Of a DNA stretch of 64,000 nt, positions 25,990-40,429 are shown in pieces. The stretch lies in the NCBI RefSeq assembly GCF_006345805.1, contig NW_021836144.1, positions 62,001 through 126,000 on the forward strand, written 5' to 3'. The first letter of the stretch is position 1; each line of letters begins with the position of its first letter. The notes beneath the pieces were generated by a model, which saw nothing but the letters and a program-made list of their open reading frames with translations, was not told the DNA's origin and searched no databases. Both the position numbers and the translations under genes were made by a program. Source of the stretch: Octopus sinensis (lineage: Eukaryota).

Positions 25990-26235
25990 CGGATATACTG
26001 TACAGGCAAGAAGACTGAATTGATATGGGTATGTGATGCATATATTAGGAGGACGGTTGTATAAAGATGTACATACACTTAAAGAGAATGTCACCTGTGT
26101 AAGAGGGAAACTGAGGAAGACTTAGGATGAAGTAAGGATGTATCTGAAATTATTGCGTATCATGGTGGAAATGACAAAGGACTGCATATGAGTGGTATGC
26201 TGTACTGGAGAAGACCTACCTGCCTATTCAGGCTG
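25990..26235 (+). mobile_element. Decayed RTE RT C-terminus
   Basis: Reads VQARRLN*YGYVMH…TCVRGKLRKT*DEV…EMTKD…GEDL, cf. VQERRLRWYGHVMR…CGRGRPRKTWDEV…MTKDR…LEKT. Confidence 0.7.
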
Positions 26236-28259
26236 ACAGACATTACAAATGAGTTTATGTGTATATGTATGTATTCATGAATGTATGTCTGCATACAGTT
26301 ATGTCTACATCATTGACCTGTTTGATAACCTCTCCTTCCTCTTATAACTTGTTCCATTGTCTCAAACCCCCTTTCATCACACATTCCTGTCACTCATCAA
26401 TCTTTTACCCATATCACTTTCATCCATGTTTCTTGTGTTCATATCTTAGTCTCATACTTTTCATGCTATTCCCCTATTGCTTATATTTCAATCTCTCACT
26501 CCTCTTCTCATTTTCACTGTACTAAGCTGCTGATATGACTAAAGACAGCTGTAAATCACTTCTGTTCACCATATATTGCAATATTTTGCCCATACTGTTA
26601 CTGCTTATCTTCTATTCACTATATACAGTTTTCTTTTACCCATGCTGATAGCTCACCTCTTAGTGATTTCCCCTTGTTTTCAATATCATTGTACTAATAC
26701 TAAAGATGATAGTGGATCTGTCATCATACATTAATTCCAGTGTAACTAAGGATGCCAGTACACTTATCTGACACAAACTCTCATTTGTGCCATTCCCTAG
26801 TACTTAGCCCAACTATTTTTCCTTTTCTCCTCCACCACCCTCATCACTCAACCTCTCTAGCTTGTCTTGAAACCTATGTACAGGAGGCTAGCCTGAACCA
26901 ACTGTGCCCAATACATTTGGCATTCACCTCTCTTCTTATATTGTTTGTTTCAATTTACCTGCTGTTTATTCTTGCTTCTTCTCTTCCATATGTCACGAGT
27001 CCCTCTCATTTCTCTGTCCTAGTTACATTGCCTTCTGAGAGTGTCTTGCCAGCTTAGTCATGTTGTCTTGAATATTCATACATATATCAGTATATTCAGT
27101 ACCTCTATCACACATCCCCCTATCATATATCCCTATTATCATTCATACCTTAATCACTCATGCTTCTCTTTCTGCAAAAGGCTGATGGGTGAACAGAGAT
27201 TTGGAGTTATAAAATCCTTTTAGTCTTGTTGAAGGCATGATTTCCTTTATAGGGCTGATGTGATGAAAAATGCACCCAGTACACTCTGTAAACAGAAGGT
27301 TTTTGAGAATTGTTTAGTTTTGTTAAAGACCTAGCTTCTCCCAAGTGCTGGTGTCATGAAAAAAGTACTCAGTGCTCTTTGTAAAGTGGTTGCTGTTAGG
27401 AAGTACATTTGACTGTAGAAACAAAGCCTAAAAATGAATTTCAAGAGATAGTTGGTCCTGTAACCTGTTTAAAATGAGCAAAACTCTGAATTTGTGATGA
27501 ATTCCACCATAGGAACCTATCCAACACATGATAGCATGGAAAGGAGATGTAACAACCACCATTGCCAATGTGTTACTCATAAACATTTTCAGAACAATGT
27601 CTATGTTTTATGGTTCATATGTATTGTCCATCATGACTCATATACCCCTCTAAACCATAACAGAGGAGAATTCTCATACACAAATGATCTAAATCTAAAA
27701 TCTTAATTGGTTAAGCAATTAAAAAAGAAATTGCAAAGATGGAAGCAATATCCAAAATCAAGATACCTTGAAGTAAATTAGACAAAGACAAAAGTACTGG
27801 ATGGCAGGAGAAAGGACAAGAGACGTGACTACACAGCCATCAAAGAGGTGGTCATATGTATAAAAGAAATAGTTAGGGAGTCTTTTCTGTGAAACAAATA
27901 TAAGCTATATGCTCATGAGAGATAAATAGAGAAGACAGAATTTGTATGTAGCAAAATGTACAGGATTATTTAGCAATAAGAACATCCAATAAGTAAATAC
28001 TTCCAAAAGTTTAGGAGATTCTTCAGAAGTAATTAAGAGTATATTACCAAGGTGACTTAATTACAGTGGAAACGAATAATCTACAAACATATTAATCAGA
28101 GTAAGAACAAGGAAGAAAAAGTTCAATAAGTTATTAATTTTATTCTGAGTGAATAGTAAATTGCTATGATGCTTGTGTACAATGTGCAGTGCTGTGTGGA
28201 AGTGAAATATGGGCACTAAACAGAGGTGTGTGTGTGTGTGAAGGTTGGAAATAATGAAA

Positions 28260-28615
28260 CTAATTTTCTGCTGGATGTGTAAATGTAGCTTCAAGTTGAG
28301 GAAAAGGCCAAGTGTTAGAAGAGACAGATGCTGCATGCAAGAGAGGAGGCTGCATTGGTACAAAGACATGACAAATTGGAGGATGGAAGTTGGCAAATAT
28401 CTGAAATACACTCAAAAGAAAGGATCATGAAGAGGAGAAGAGCCTGGGAGGTAGTGTAAACTGATTTCAGGAGGCTGAATCTCATTAAGAGAATCATGAA
28501 GAACTGCAATAAATGGTGAGATGGTATGATAAAGAAGACCTTTGCACCCTGTTCAAACTTGGAAAAGTAGACATACACTCATGATGATGAGGATGATGAA
28601 GATGATGATGATTTC
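28260..28615 (+). mobile_element. Decayed RTE 3' end
   Basis: ORF 28245-28430 contains CCMQERRLHWY; ends in a degenerate (GAT)n tail at ~28581-28612. Confidence 0.65.
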
Positions 28616-29349
28616 AACAATGATTGTGACTTATAAATTATCAATAACCTTTATATGTATATTAAATAGTTACTATGGAAGCTGGTTTATTCATGAGTGA
28701 AATTAATTATTAAATTTACTTTATTATATTTACAGTCATTGAGTCTATTAATGTCACTTTGCATAATTTTTAATACTTTGTTTGTCTCAATACCCAAACT
28801 TAAATATATTGTAAATCTTCAACATATTTTTGAAGCCATATTTCCAACCTACTTAACACTCATTACCCTTTCTGCCTTCATCTATCATGATCAAAATAAC
28901 TCTCTAATTTTAATTTGCTATCAAAACCTAGTAATTTCTGATTTCTTTTTCAAAAGGAAATCGATCACACATTTTGTTAGGTGATAATGCAGAAGCAGGC
29001 ATGCATGCACACACAAAACTGAAAATGCATGCACATGTAAGAACTACATTACAGAAATATATTATTATAAAATATATTTTTGAACCAGTCATTAGATAGA
29101 AAGGCTGAGTAATTGAGACTCAGATTGAGACTTATGAGCCTTACACAAATACATCATATTAGAATTTTATATAAAAACTAATCACCAGGGATAAATATCG
29201 ATGTTTTTAAACTTAAGTAAACTGTTTGTCTTAATGCTCATTATATAATTTCTCAGCTTTCTACAAAAAGTAACATAGTGTTTACAATTAAATGTTATAG
29301 TATAATTATATTATTAGATGATATAATAAGGTAGGCAGTACTTATATTG

Positions 29350-29583
29350 GTTTTACAGTTTCACACAAGTCTAGAAAGTTCAGAGGAGAGGGGTAAGTTG
29401 ATTATATCAACCTCAGTATTCTACTGGTACTTATTTTATCAACTAAGAAAGAAAGAAAGAGAGAAATAATGAAAGAAAGGCAAAGTTGACCTCATCAGAA
29501 TGTGAACTCAGTATGTAAAGACAGATGAAATGCTGCTAAACATTTTGCCCAGCATGCTAACAATTCTGCCAGTTCATTGCCTT
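29350..29583 (-). mobile_element. SINE family 2, old diverged copy
   Basis: actggtacttattttatc…gaaaggcaaagttgacctc…gaactcag…gctaacaattctgccagttc aligns to the young copies. Confidence 0.7.
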
Positions 29584-32500
29584 GGGCAGTACTTATTTTG
29601 AATATAAAGTAGAATAACAGTTATACAGGTATAAAATACCACTGTAAATCTATCCTTTTCAATTTAGGAAAATATAGTCCAAGTCACTTTGTAAATACTA
29701 TACGAATGATTGCAATAGCTTTAATTTTCAAATCTGATGATTGCATGTCAGACTAAAGAAGTTGAAACATAAAATTGAAAATAAATAAAATTAATATGAA
29801 ATTAAGTGACAAAATATGTAATCTCTCATATTTCATTAATTCAGTGCTTGGAGGTAGAACTCTATACATCTGATCAAAAATATTTCAATAATACCAGGTT
29901 TGAGTTATCATCCTTAGGTATATTTTCATCTAACATATAATTAATCTCCATTAATTATGTACTAAGGCGGATTGAATATTACAATTATCTTTCATGCACT
30001 GACCAGTGCTTTTGATATTTATTATATTATTGCAATTAAACTGTTTTTCATATGTACATCACATGTTTGTAGCAGAAACTATAACAAATCTTGTAATTGC
30101 ATCTATCCGGAGAACAACAATTAATTTCAGCCATTACAATTACAAAAGATGGGTTAAATGAAGTGGTCGACATAAAACGACAGTGATGGAAATAAAAATT
30201 TGTTAGAGCTGATATTGCACACTTTCTTATATTGCTATGATTAAAATTCCAGTAATAAACAACTATTTTGCCGAATGTTAATAGTGATTAAAATACTATA
30301 TATGCCATTCATTACTTAAGCATGCAATCAGAAATGGAATGTTCAGCATTTTATTGTAAACTTTTCTCTTCTGTTAAGATTTGAATGGGTTTTCTACTTA
30401 GTATCTTTTGATATCTCTTCGGAGAGACTGAAAACTAATTGCTTACACAGATTCTAATAAAACAAATAGTGATAGATAGATGAAATGGAACAAAACAGGA
30501 TATTTCTTCAACAAAGATTCCACTAAATTTCTGATTCAATGTACTGAATTTGGTGATCTGTTACTAGAAGTTCAACTGACTATTAATTATATTTTAGTTG
30601 GTCAGCATATCTTGAGACCAAAAGAAATTGACATTAAAAGATAGTTGTAGTGAACAGAAATAATGTTACGTTCACATCACAAATTGTAATAAATAAAGAG
30701 GCTTATGAGAGTATATAATTATATGTGCGAGTAGGTTCTTTAAGGCTTATACTACTAAAAATAAGACATATTTCCAGTAGTTCATTATTGAATTATTTTT
30801 TATTATACACATCTGAAATTTTTAGTGAGCACTTCAATATGTATTTTGCTGAATAATAATTTTTGTTATCATCATAAAATGCTGCCTAATATAATGTCTA
30901 CATTTTAAGTATATTTCAGTTTTTATAAAGATTTCTAGATTTATTTCAATCTTGCTCTATCTATATTTGATATTTCTTTCTTTGAATACTGCTAGCATAC
31001 AGTGAGCAAATAGAAAATAAACAATATGATATAACTTTTCATCTAACATTGACACTGCGGGTCATGCATGACAGAGTTGTAGAGTCTCAAATGCAGAAAT
31101 TGCCTACAAGAAGTTTTAAGTTTTGACAACATTATAGCATACAGATTGGGGAAATGTGTATGTCTTAGCAGTCGGTTCATAATGCATCTCAAAACCATTT
31201 AAAACACACATAGCTTCTAAAAATACATGAAAAGCATAGATAACAAAAGATTAACAAGTAATGAAATGATCTCTATAAAATTACAAACAATTAATATAAT
31301 AATATGCAGTTGACTATCAGCATAGAAAAAACTGGTATTCAACAAATGAAGTTTTATAAAAACAAAAAAAAAAGGCAGCTTCAAATGTGATTTATGATAT
31401 AAATGTCAGCTGAACAGTGAATCGCACAATTTGGGGCATGACCAATAGACAGTATGCATTTGAAAGAAATAAATATGGATAGGACATGATGGACTTTAAA
31501 AACAAATCTTAACAATGAGTGATACATCAAACAGAGTTTTTCTACTCATTGAATAAAACAAAATTGTAAGACCTATTAGTGATTAAATACATACTTGACT
31601 GTATTAGTGTGTGTATGTGATACTTCTGTCTATTGCTTGTGAAAAGGAGGCTTTATTGAGGAATGAAAGGCAAAATTACAGTTAAAAATCTCATAAACAA
31701 AACAATATTTAAAATGACAGCCTTATAATTATAGTACTTATTTTATGAGAAAACTAAAATTGAAATAAATAAACGATATGAACAAATAAAATAATTAATA
31801 CTGTGAAGAATGCCAAAAACATTTTTTTAAAATGAGAATTAAAAAAAAAATTTAATTAAGAGAAACTTAAAACCCTAAAAGAAACTTACTGAAAAAACAG
31901 AATTTCTCCCCACTAAGACCCTGAAGAGAAATATCAACAAAACTAGCTTGTCCAGTTTATCAAAGACATTCTCTCTTCTACAAAAATATATATATAAATA
32001 CATACATACATCATTTTTACTTGCCACATAAGCATGAAAAAACTGGAAATATTATAAATATATAACTGCAGATGTTTCTGTTTATTTTGCTTATTTATTG
32101 GCATATTTCTATAGCTATTTTTTCTACTAACTCTTATAAAACTAATAGTACCCCTATAACAAATACAAAAATCTTGACCACCTTCAACACCACTGCAATT
32201 CCTGATTAAACAAATTTTGAAATAACTCTTTCATTGTTCAGCATTTCAGATAATCATGAAAATATCAATTATTGTCGAATAGTTTACAAAATATGACAAA
32301 CAGAAGAAAAGGAAGAAGAAAAAAAAAGAAGACAACATTAAGAAAAATATTAGAGAAAAAACTTAAAATCAACAAACAACTTAAAATATTTTTTCTGCAA
32401 TTAAATGTATTTTTCATTGTTATTGTTTTTCAGAATTCAATGAATTTAACAAAGAAAATTTCTTCCAACCAATTTAAATGGCATTATTTGTTTCCTTTCT

Positions 32501-33861
32501 GTTTGTTTTCTTTTATTTTCAATTTTTAATGACAATTGAATACATTCAGATAAATTTCCAAAGTAAAATATTATAAAGAAAAAAGTGAAAATAATTCAAA
32601 TGATATGAAAATTTTCATGAAAAACAATGTAAAAAGCAATAAATGAATAAAGCTTCCTTTAGTAACCTTTATATTAATGGAGTAAAGCTTCAGCAATGTC
32701 TAATATTTAAACAACTTTCAAATGGTTTCCATGCTGGAAATAACAATGTCTTTTATAACTACGTATATACATATACATATATATATATAATAACAAACTC
32801 ACACTATTACAGGAAGAAAGATACAGGCAGTAAGAGACAAAATCTGATATATATGTATGTTAGTCATTAAGGAAAATAGTTCTACTACAATTTAGTAAGA
32901 ATAAAAATGAGCAAAAAGACATGTTCCTAACTGCATAGTAATGATTGCTGTTCCACCTTCTGATATGCTACCTCTTTTGTATACCTTATAAACAAGTGAA
33001 ATAAATTTTTTCATGCAATCCTTTTTTTTTGCATGACATATCCAGGAACATAAATGATAGATTAAATGAGTGTGTAGAGCAATTTCATTATATATAGGAT
33101 AAAAAGTTTAAACCTATTTCATTTTAAGTAGGAGATATACAAGAAACTTTTTTACTTTCACTGGATTGTTATAGACCAATATTAGGTATTTATGAGAATG
33201 TGTATAGGTCTTAGATGTAATATTTGTAACAGATCCATAGAAAGACTTTACAAACATTTCTCCTTAATCCTCAGTTCAAATGACAAGGAGCTAACATGGC
33301 TTTACATCATGTTGCAGGTATATCATTCCTGAAAAAAACTGGCTTCGTACATAGCTTAATGAAATCATTTTTTTCTTTCCATAAAGAATAGCAAGTCGCT
33401 AATTTACATTTTAGACTAGATCTTCCCCACCATCCTAAAAAACAAATGCTGTAATGATGCACAGTGCAAAGGACAGATAATAGTCAATGCAGGCAAAAGT
33501 CATTTCAATAAAGTTCACAAAATGAAACATCTGCTATACAGAGACAGAAATTTTAACACTTTTAATGAGACATTCTGTTGGAGAGCAAAAAGGAGATGAA
33601 GGTTGTAAATAATTCTGGAGAGTATAAAAAAAGTGACATATGACATATTTGTATGATGAATAATATGTTTGTGGAGGTGATGCCTAAAATCGAGTGAACA
33701 TATGTCTAAACACAAGCATCCATGTGCATACACTCAACCACACATCACTTGCTACATTGTTTTTTTTAGAGAGCATATGATTTGAAACATTTGGAAGAAA
33801 CCAGCTTGGGTAACTGATAACGGAAGTGACTCAGCCTGGGGCATATAGTCAGCAAAATATA

Positions 33862-34092
33862 TATTTCTTTACTACCCACAAGGGGCTAAACACAGAGGGG
33901 ACAAACAAGGACAGACAAAGGGATTAAGTCGATTACATCGACCCCAGTGCGTAACTGGTACTTAATTTATCGACCCCGAAAGGATGAAAGGCAAAGTTGA
34001 CCTCAGCGGAATTTGAACTCGGAACGTAACGACAGACGAAATACAGCTACGCAGGTCGCCCGGCGTGCTAACGTTTCTGCCAGCTCACCGCC
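33862..34092 (-). mobile_element. SINE family 2, full length
   Basis: tatttctttactacccac…ccagctcaccgcc; 8-bp TSD aaaatata (33854-33861 / 34095-34102). Confidence 0.9.
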
Positions 34093-35264
34093 TTAAAATA
34101 TAATTTAGCTCTGCATCAACCCTGATCAAACAAACACTTGATAAATGAAGTTCCAATTGCGATATTCTATTCCCTTTGCTACCCTCACAACCTATCAAAG
34201 AACATTTTAGATTTTAAAAAATGGCAGAGCCACAGCTGAGACATCTTTTATGAATGGTTTGCTTGATCAAGTCTAACATGAATGTAAACAATATTTTGCA
34301 GCAACCAAAATCCAGCTTTTAGCTAACTAAATTAGTTTTACTGTTACCTAGTTGTTTGTCACCCAGTTGTCACTAAACTAGAAAGATTATAGCTTGAATT
34401 GCAGTTATTGTTTATAGAATGTAGGGAATTTAATGTTCGACAGTATTTTAGTCTTTTCCAATTAAAAATTTATATGCATCAATATATAAATATGTTGATA
34501 TATAAAGTAACAGAATATGGTGCAACAAGGATTCAATGTTTAAAATGCAGTCTGTTATCGGTAGTTTAAGTGATTTATCACATGTTTCTAAACATTTTGT
34601 GGTAATGTTACTCCCTGTGCTTTCTGAAACAAGATTTAAAAAACATTTGGTGAAGTCTACATATTTTATTTTATTATTAGAAATGACAGCCATTATCCTT
34701 CTGACTCTTTTGATAAACTATTCTTTAAATCATAGGAACATGTTTTACATTTGAATATACAATATTTTTTAGTTCATAAAACATTTGCAACATTTTATCT
34801 GTTATAAAAAGTGACAGAGAGGGGGAAAAAACTATATTTGTACATTTTATTGTCAAAGTAATAGGTTGAATGTAGACTTGTTGTTCTACATTGGTAATAT
34901 GAATAGATAATCTTTATTGACACTAACACACTTCAAGCACAACAAAGAGTAAAAAAAAAGTGTAAATAAATCTGCAAGTTTCTCTTTAAATCATGGAGCT
35001 GTCATTTGCTGTTACTGTTGTCCTTACACTGTAATCCCAACTACATCAAATACCCACTCTCAAAAACGTGCTTTTGTTTGACGTTTCTGTCAACAAAAAA
35101 TATAGCTCACTACTTTGTTGTCATTACTTTACATAAAATTTCTCTAAGTAAAGAAATTCTTGCTTTGGGTTAAATTTGCAGCCGGTACCGTATTTAAATT
35201 TAGAACTATACAATTCCTGTCTTTTTGTCAAATAAATTCAGTTCTATTATTGTCATATATATTC

Positions 35265-35267
<3 letters not shown>

Positions 35268-35324
<57 letters not shown>
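35268..35324. repeat. (TA)n microsatellite, longest in window
   Basis: Direct reading; explains the IYIYIY run in ORF 35160-35342. Confidence 0.97.
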
Positions 35325-35326
<2 letters not shown>

Positions 35327-35851
35327 TCTATATATTTCCTAAAATCTTAAAAGCACAAATATTAATTTTTTTTTTCTGAAACATTTTCTATCTGTCAAAA
35401 TGCTTATTTTCATTTTATATACATATCAGTGATTGGTTTGGGTTTATATACAACCTATATTAATAATATAACATAAATTTGTAAAGTTACTGGCTAACTC
35501 TATCTCCAAGATACATTGCAGCTGTTAATGAACCATCAATATAAAGAAAAAAAAGTATTCTTGAATACTTTCTAGTATCAAACATTTGGGTCACTATACT
35601 TAATAATTAAGAGGTTTCCTAAGCTAGTTTGTCTTTGAACATCCTTTATATTAAAGAAAAGTAAAAAATTTACAAAAAGTAATAAAAGTTTCTAGATTGT
35701 TCCTGATGAATTTTTAACATATTTTACAATTAGAAAAGGTGTTATAATTTTAACCATGCCTCGCTGCCTAAAACAATAAATAAGTGAATAGACAGCTTAT
35801 AATAGTTAAGCTACTGTAGAGTATTATGGATTTTGAAACAGATCATTCACA

Positions 35852-36058
35852 GGCATACAAGTGGTTGTGTGGTAAGTAGCTTGCCTTCCAACCACATGGT
35901 TCTGAGTTCAGTCCCACTGCGTGGCATATTGGGCAGGTGTCTTCTGCTATAGCCTCAGGCTGACCAAAGTCTTGTGAGTGGATTTGGTAGACAGAAATTG
36001 AAAGAAGCCAGTCGTGTGTGTGTGTGTGTGTGTGCATCCCCCCAACATTGCTTGACAA
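35852..36058 (+). mobile_element. SINE family 1, 3'-truncated
   Basis: Head and (TG)n linker present; similarity stops after cattgcttgacaa. Confidence 0.85.
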
Positions 36059-38257
36059 GAGAGTATATGTTACTAATGTCAGACAATGAGATAACTGTAA
36101 CTAATGACTTACTGCATGCTAGATGAATTTTCATACAATTCAATTTCATTTAAATTCTTATGCTTACAGCATTATAAATAAACTTCCTTCAATTGAGTGG
36201 GGTTATAATAGTAGGAAATGAGAGATTAAAGTATGACAGAAAGTAGCCAGAACTGAACAGGTTTCTTGCTGTCGAGGAACTACATGGCTACACATGTTAT
36301 AGAAAAGTATGTGAGATGGAACTGAAAAGAGAGATAGAGTAATGGAGATGAAGAGGCAGAGTGAACCTAAAGGTACACAAAATTGAGCAAGAGTGAGTGG
36401 AGATAGAACAGGGAGTGAGAATAAGTGGAATTTCCAAGAGTGTATGTGGAATGTGAGGGATCATTATAAATAAGGAATTAGTGATAAGGCAGATATAATG
36501 AAGATCAAGGATTGAGGAATGATTGATTCCAAATAATCAGATGTAAGGTTGGGAAGAGTAGGGTATGACTGTAAGGACTGGGTAGAACTGAGGTGTAAAT
36601 ATTGTGTTAAGGGTGGAGAGATCTTAATCTTCTCTAGATGTATATTTTCTACAAATATTATCTTTTGAAAGTTGATTTGACATAAATATTTTCAGAAATT
36701 CATTTAGTATATTATATTTCTATATCTACTGATATTCAAAATATTGGTGTTGTTACATATGATGGAAAGAAAAACTAAAATAGATATCTTATAATATAAG
36801 GTTTCTCCCACAATAAACAAATTTGTATTTCATCCTTTTAAGTAATTAAAAGTAGCACAATTGAATTTAAATTTTCAGTTCTTCATAGATAGATGCTTTA
36901 CATAGGAAAACAAATCATATGCTAGTATTTATAAGTTGTCCTTATCATTTGTTTTCTTAATTTTCTCCAGTTTTAATTGTTTACTTCTTCAAAATTCATT
37001 GTACCAATTCTGCACCTTCAACAGTTCTGCATGGTATAACTATGCAATAGTAATAAGGAAACAAAAGGAAAATCACACAATAGATTTACTCTACAATAGA
37101 ATCATTACCATTTTTTGTTCATATTCTCACAGCCAGATGCCCTTCTTGATACCAATTTCTTTGTCACATCATATGACATACAAAGTCAATGGTGTACCTT
37201 CTCTAAAACTAGACACATACAGACAGAATATGACTCATATACCTATAGTAAACCTCTCACACATTCTATCATAATATATTCTGAAAGTAGGCACATATGT
37301 AAAACTATGTACTTCATAAATAAACTTAGAACCCAATAGTTCAATGTTGTTTTCCTGAATCTTCAGCCTCTTCTCGTTTCACAATCGAACATATTGCTCT
37401 TAAAAATATGCCTCACATTCATATTCAACACAGTTATCTTCAATTCTACTGTTACACTCATATTAACTAATTTTAATCCATTCTAAAGACTCTGACCATT
37501 TTCCTTCTCTAATATTGCATGCATCTCTCTCTTCAAAGTAACAAGTTTCTTAACAAACTTGAATAAATGTTACTTATGACCACTCCAACAACTTACCTCA
37601 CTATCAATCTAAAGGGAGATAATAAAAATGCTATGACACCAAAATTTTCTGATGATTGGTTAAGAGTAGATTTCTACTAAGAAACAATGAGGGCTAAATT
37701 AAGTATTTTCAGTTGCTTTCCAACTACAGTTCATATAAGCTCTCATTCATATCTTTCAGTAGTTGATGTCGCATGCAACCTCTTTCTCAGTAGAAATGGA
37801 ATTCATCTTAGTAGGAGATGCAAGGTGATGATACAACAGCTAAGGCAAAATATTCAAACATTTTGATTGCTGTTTCCTCATGGATTGTTGAAGCATCTGA
37901 TTATCCAGTTATTGTAGAAAATGCAACTTTGCAAGCAACTTTTTGCACAGCAAACATAAAGTGGAAGCTAACAGGAAAAGACCATGATGAAAGAAAGCAG
38001 GCCATTGATAAGAACCTCTAGATCCAGATGCATTTCAATGCTCATATCCATGCCAAAAGAAAGGTTATATAGCCACTTTAAAACAGATGAATTCAATGGA
38101 AACAAATTTTCAACACTGAAAGAAGCTGCTGCTAAAGTGTGTGCTAAGAATATTTGCTTGAATACATTATGTGATGAAACAAGAGTATATATATATAGTT
38201 TTTGGATTTGGTTTGCAAGATTCTTTATGTGAGTTTGTGTGTTGAAGCATATTCTAT

Positions 38258-38365
38258 TGTGTCTGGGGAAAGTCATTCTCTTTTAGTACCTTATAATTTA
38301 ACACACTCACCGGTGAGTGTGTTAAATTATAAGGTACTAAAAGAGAATGACTCTCCCCAGGCACA
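38258..38365. repeat. Spacerless inverted repeat (108-bp palindrome)
   Basis: 54-bp arms centred on cacc|ggtg (38311/38312), two mismatches, perfect over 38271-38352; the ORF track shows GESHSLLVPYNLTHSPVSVLNYKVLKEND on both strands. Confidence 0.97.
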
Positions 38366-38370
38366 ACAGC

Positions 38371-38381
38371 ACACACACATG

Positions 38382-38420
<39 letters not shown>

Positions 38421-38450
38421 ACGCGCACGCACGCACACACATATATATAT
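38371..38450. repeat. Compound (CA)n/(CG)/(TA) microsatellite
   Basis: Direct reading, starting a few bases after the palindrome. Confidence 0.95.
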
Positions 38451-39557
38451 AATTGAAGTAAAGATGTTACAAGTAATTTACCTATTCTTTGATAATTGAA
38501 TTGGTCAAATAAATGTATATAAGAATTAATATACATCATGAAGCAGAACCCAGGAATAAAGTGCCACAAATTTAATTGATAGAGCAAGTCATAACAAAAC
38601 AAAAGCAGAAATATCTTCAAGTTACAATTAAATTAATGTAATTTGATATTGGAACAAATACCATCCTATAAATCTAACCATTGTAAAGGCAAACGTTATA
38701 GTTATTACAAAATGAATCTAAGTTCGCATTTTAGTAGTTAGTCCAATATAATTTTAGAGAGAGGGACAATTATCTACTTATTTCTGAATAGAGAAATAAC
38801 TTTGAATCATAAAGATAAGGTGCTGTACAATTTAACTGATGAAATAAAAACAACATATATTTGTTTAACTAAGTTATCAGATATAATATTAGCAGCAAGT
38901 GAAGACCAAATATTTGATAAAGGTAGTCGTTGAAGGAAAAAAAAAAAAATGTTACATTTGAATAAAAAGTTTCCAAATTAATATTGTACTATTACTCTAT
39001 GCATCTTGAATCATTATCCATTCTAAATATTTTATTGTGTCTGTATTCTATGTGCATAATAATGTTGTAGTAATTTAGCTGAAGGGATCTTCAAATAAAT
39101 CCTCTCTGTAAAACATTGATATAATTGCAGCTTAACCAGGTGTAGATTATTCTCGCACTCAAGTAACATTGTTATTACGAAAGTGAAACAGTAACATTTT
39201 ACACTAATGTAGGTATGTCCTATGTGGCAATCAGAGATAATCATTCGAAGGTTTCTCTCATCATAAACAAAAAGAACATAAGTGAGAGTGCCAAAATCAT
39301 ACGCAAAAACATAATGTGTTTGCAAATGTGGTTTTCAATGGCAAACTCAGTCAGTTTATTGCAAGTATTAGAGGGAAAAATATTATCACTATCTTAGTTG
39401 CAGCACATGCCCAAAACCCACATACATATACTTGTTATACATGTATACATACTATACACTATAATAAGCACACATACACTCCTATCACAAGTTTGCAATG
39501 GTATATTTATTAGTTTCGCACACTGTGTTCAGCAGATTTAAATGAATTAGTACTCTA

Positions 39558-40272
39558 TCATCATCATCATCATTTAATATCCGTTGTCCATGTTGGCATG
39601 GTTTGGATGTTTTGATGGGGCTGGTACGTTGCACCAGACTCCAGTCTGATTTGGTATGGTTTTCTGTGGCTGGATGCCCTTCCTAATGCAATCACTCTAA
39701 GAGTGAATTGGGTGCTTTTACGTGCTGCCGGTATAGGAGCTATTTGCATGACACCTGGGTGCATTTACATATCACTGGCACAGGTGCCAATTTGCATGAC
39801 ACCAATATCTGCCATGACTGTGATTTTGCTCAGCTTGATGGGTCTTCTCAAGCATGACATAATGCCAAAAAGTCTTCGTCATTACCTCTGTGAGGCCCAG
39901 CACTTGAAAGGAACTCAGCGAGTTTGCCTCCGTAAAGTCCAACACTTGAAAGGAACTCAGACATTTAGCCTCCATCAGGCCCAATGCTCAAGAGGAACTC
40001 AGACACTTTGCTTCCGTGAGGTCCAATGTTCAAAAGATGTTCTATAGATGCCACCAGCATGGGTACATTTGGCTTGATGGGTCCTCTCAAGCATAGCACA
40101 CCACCAAAGGCTTTAGTCATCAGGCATTACCTCTGTGAGGCTCAAAGTTCAAACATCATGCTTCATCACCTCATCCAATGTCTTCCTGGGTCTACCTCTA
40201 CCACAAGTTCTTTCCACAGTTAGAGATCACATGACCATACCAGCCCAGCCATCTCTCTTGCACACTGCATCT
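39558..40272 (-). mobile_element. Family 4 element joined to two tandem RTE 3' coding ends, with a 42-bp tandem array
   Basis: (GAT)n tail at 39558; minus-strand peptides RCSVQERWLGWYGHV…CGRGRPRKTLDEVMKHD and VLGLTEVMTKTFWHYVMLEKTHQA; 42-bp units at 39881, 39923, 39965 and 40007. Confidence 0.8.
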
Positions 40273-40362
40273 ATCACTAACCTAATAATTAGTGATAAAA
40301 AGCAAGAACATTTAATCTACATTTTATCATGTCTTCTGTTACCAGTAATAGGATTCCAGCTA

Positions 40363-40364
<2 letters not shown>

Positions 40365-40394
<30 letters not shown>

Positions 40395-40429
40395 GTTATT
40401 ATTATTATTATTATCATTATTATTATTAT
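40365..40429. repeat. (ATT)n microsatellite
   Basis: Direct reading; source of the poly-Leu in ORF 40135-40434. Confidence 0.97.

Noticed and set aside
34448-34754. Overlapping 81-aa (-) and 72-aa (+) ORFs
   Set aside because: A good minus acceptor exists but no donor; no homology recognised.
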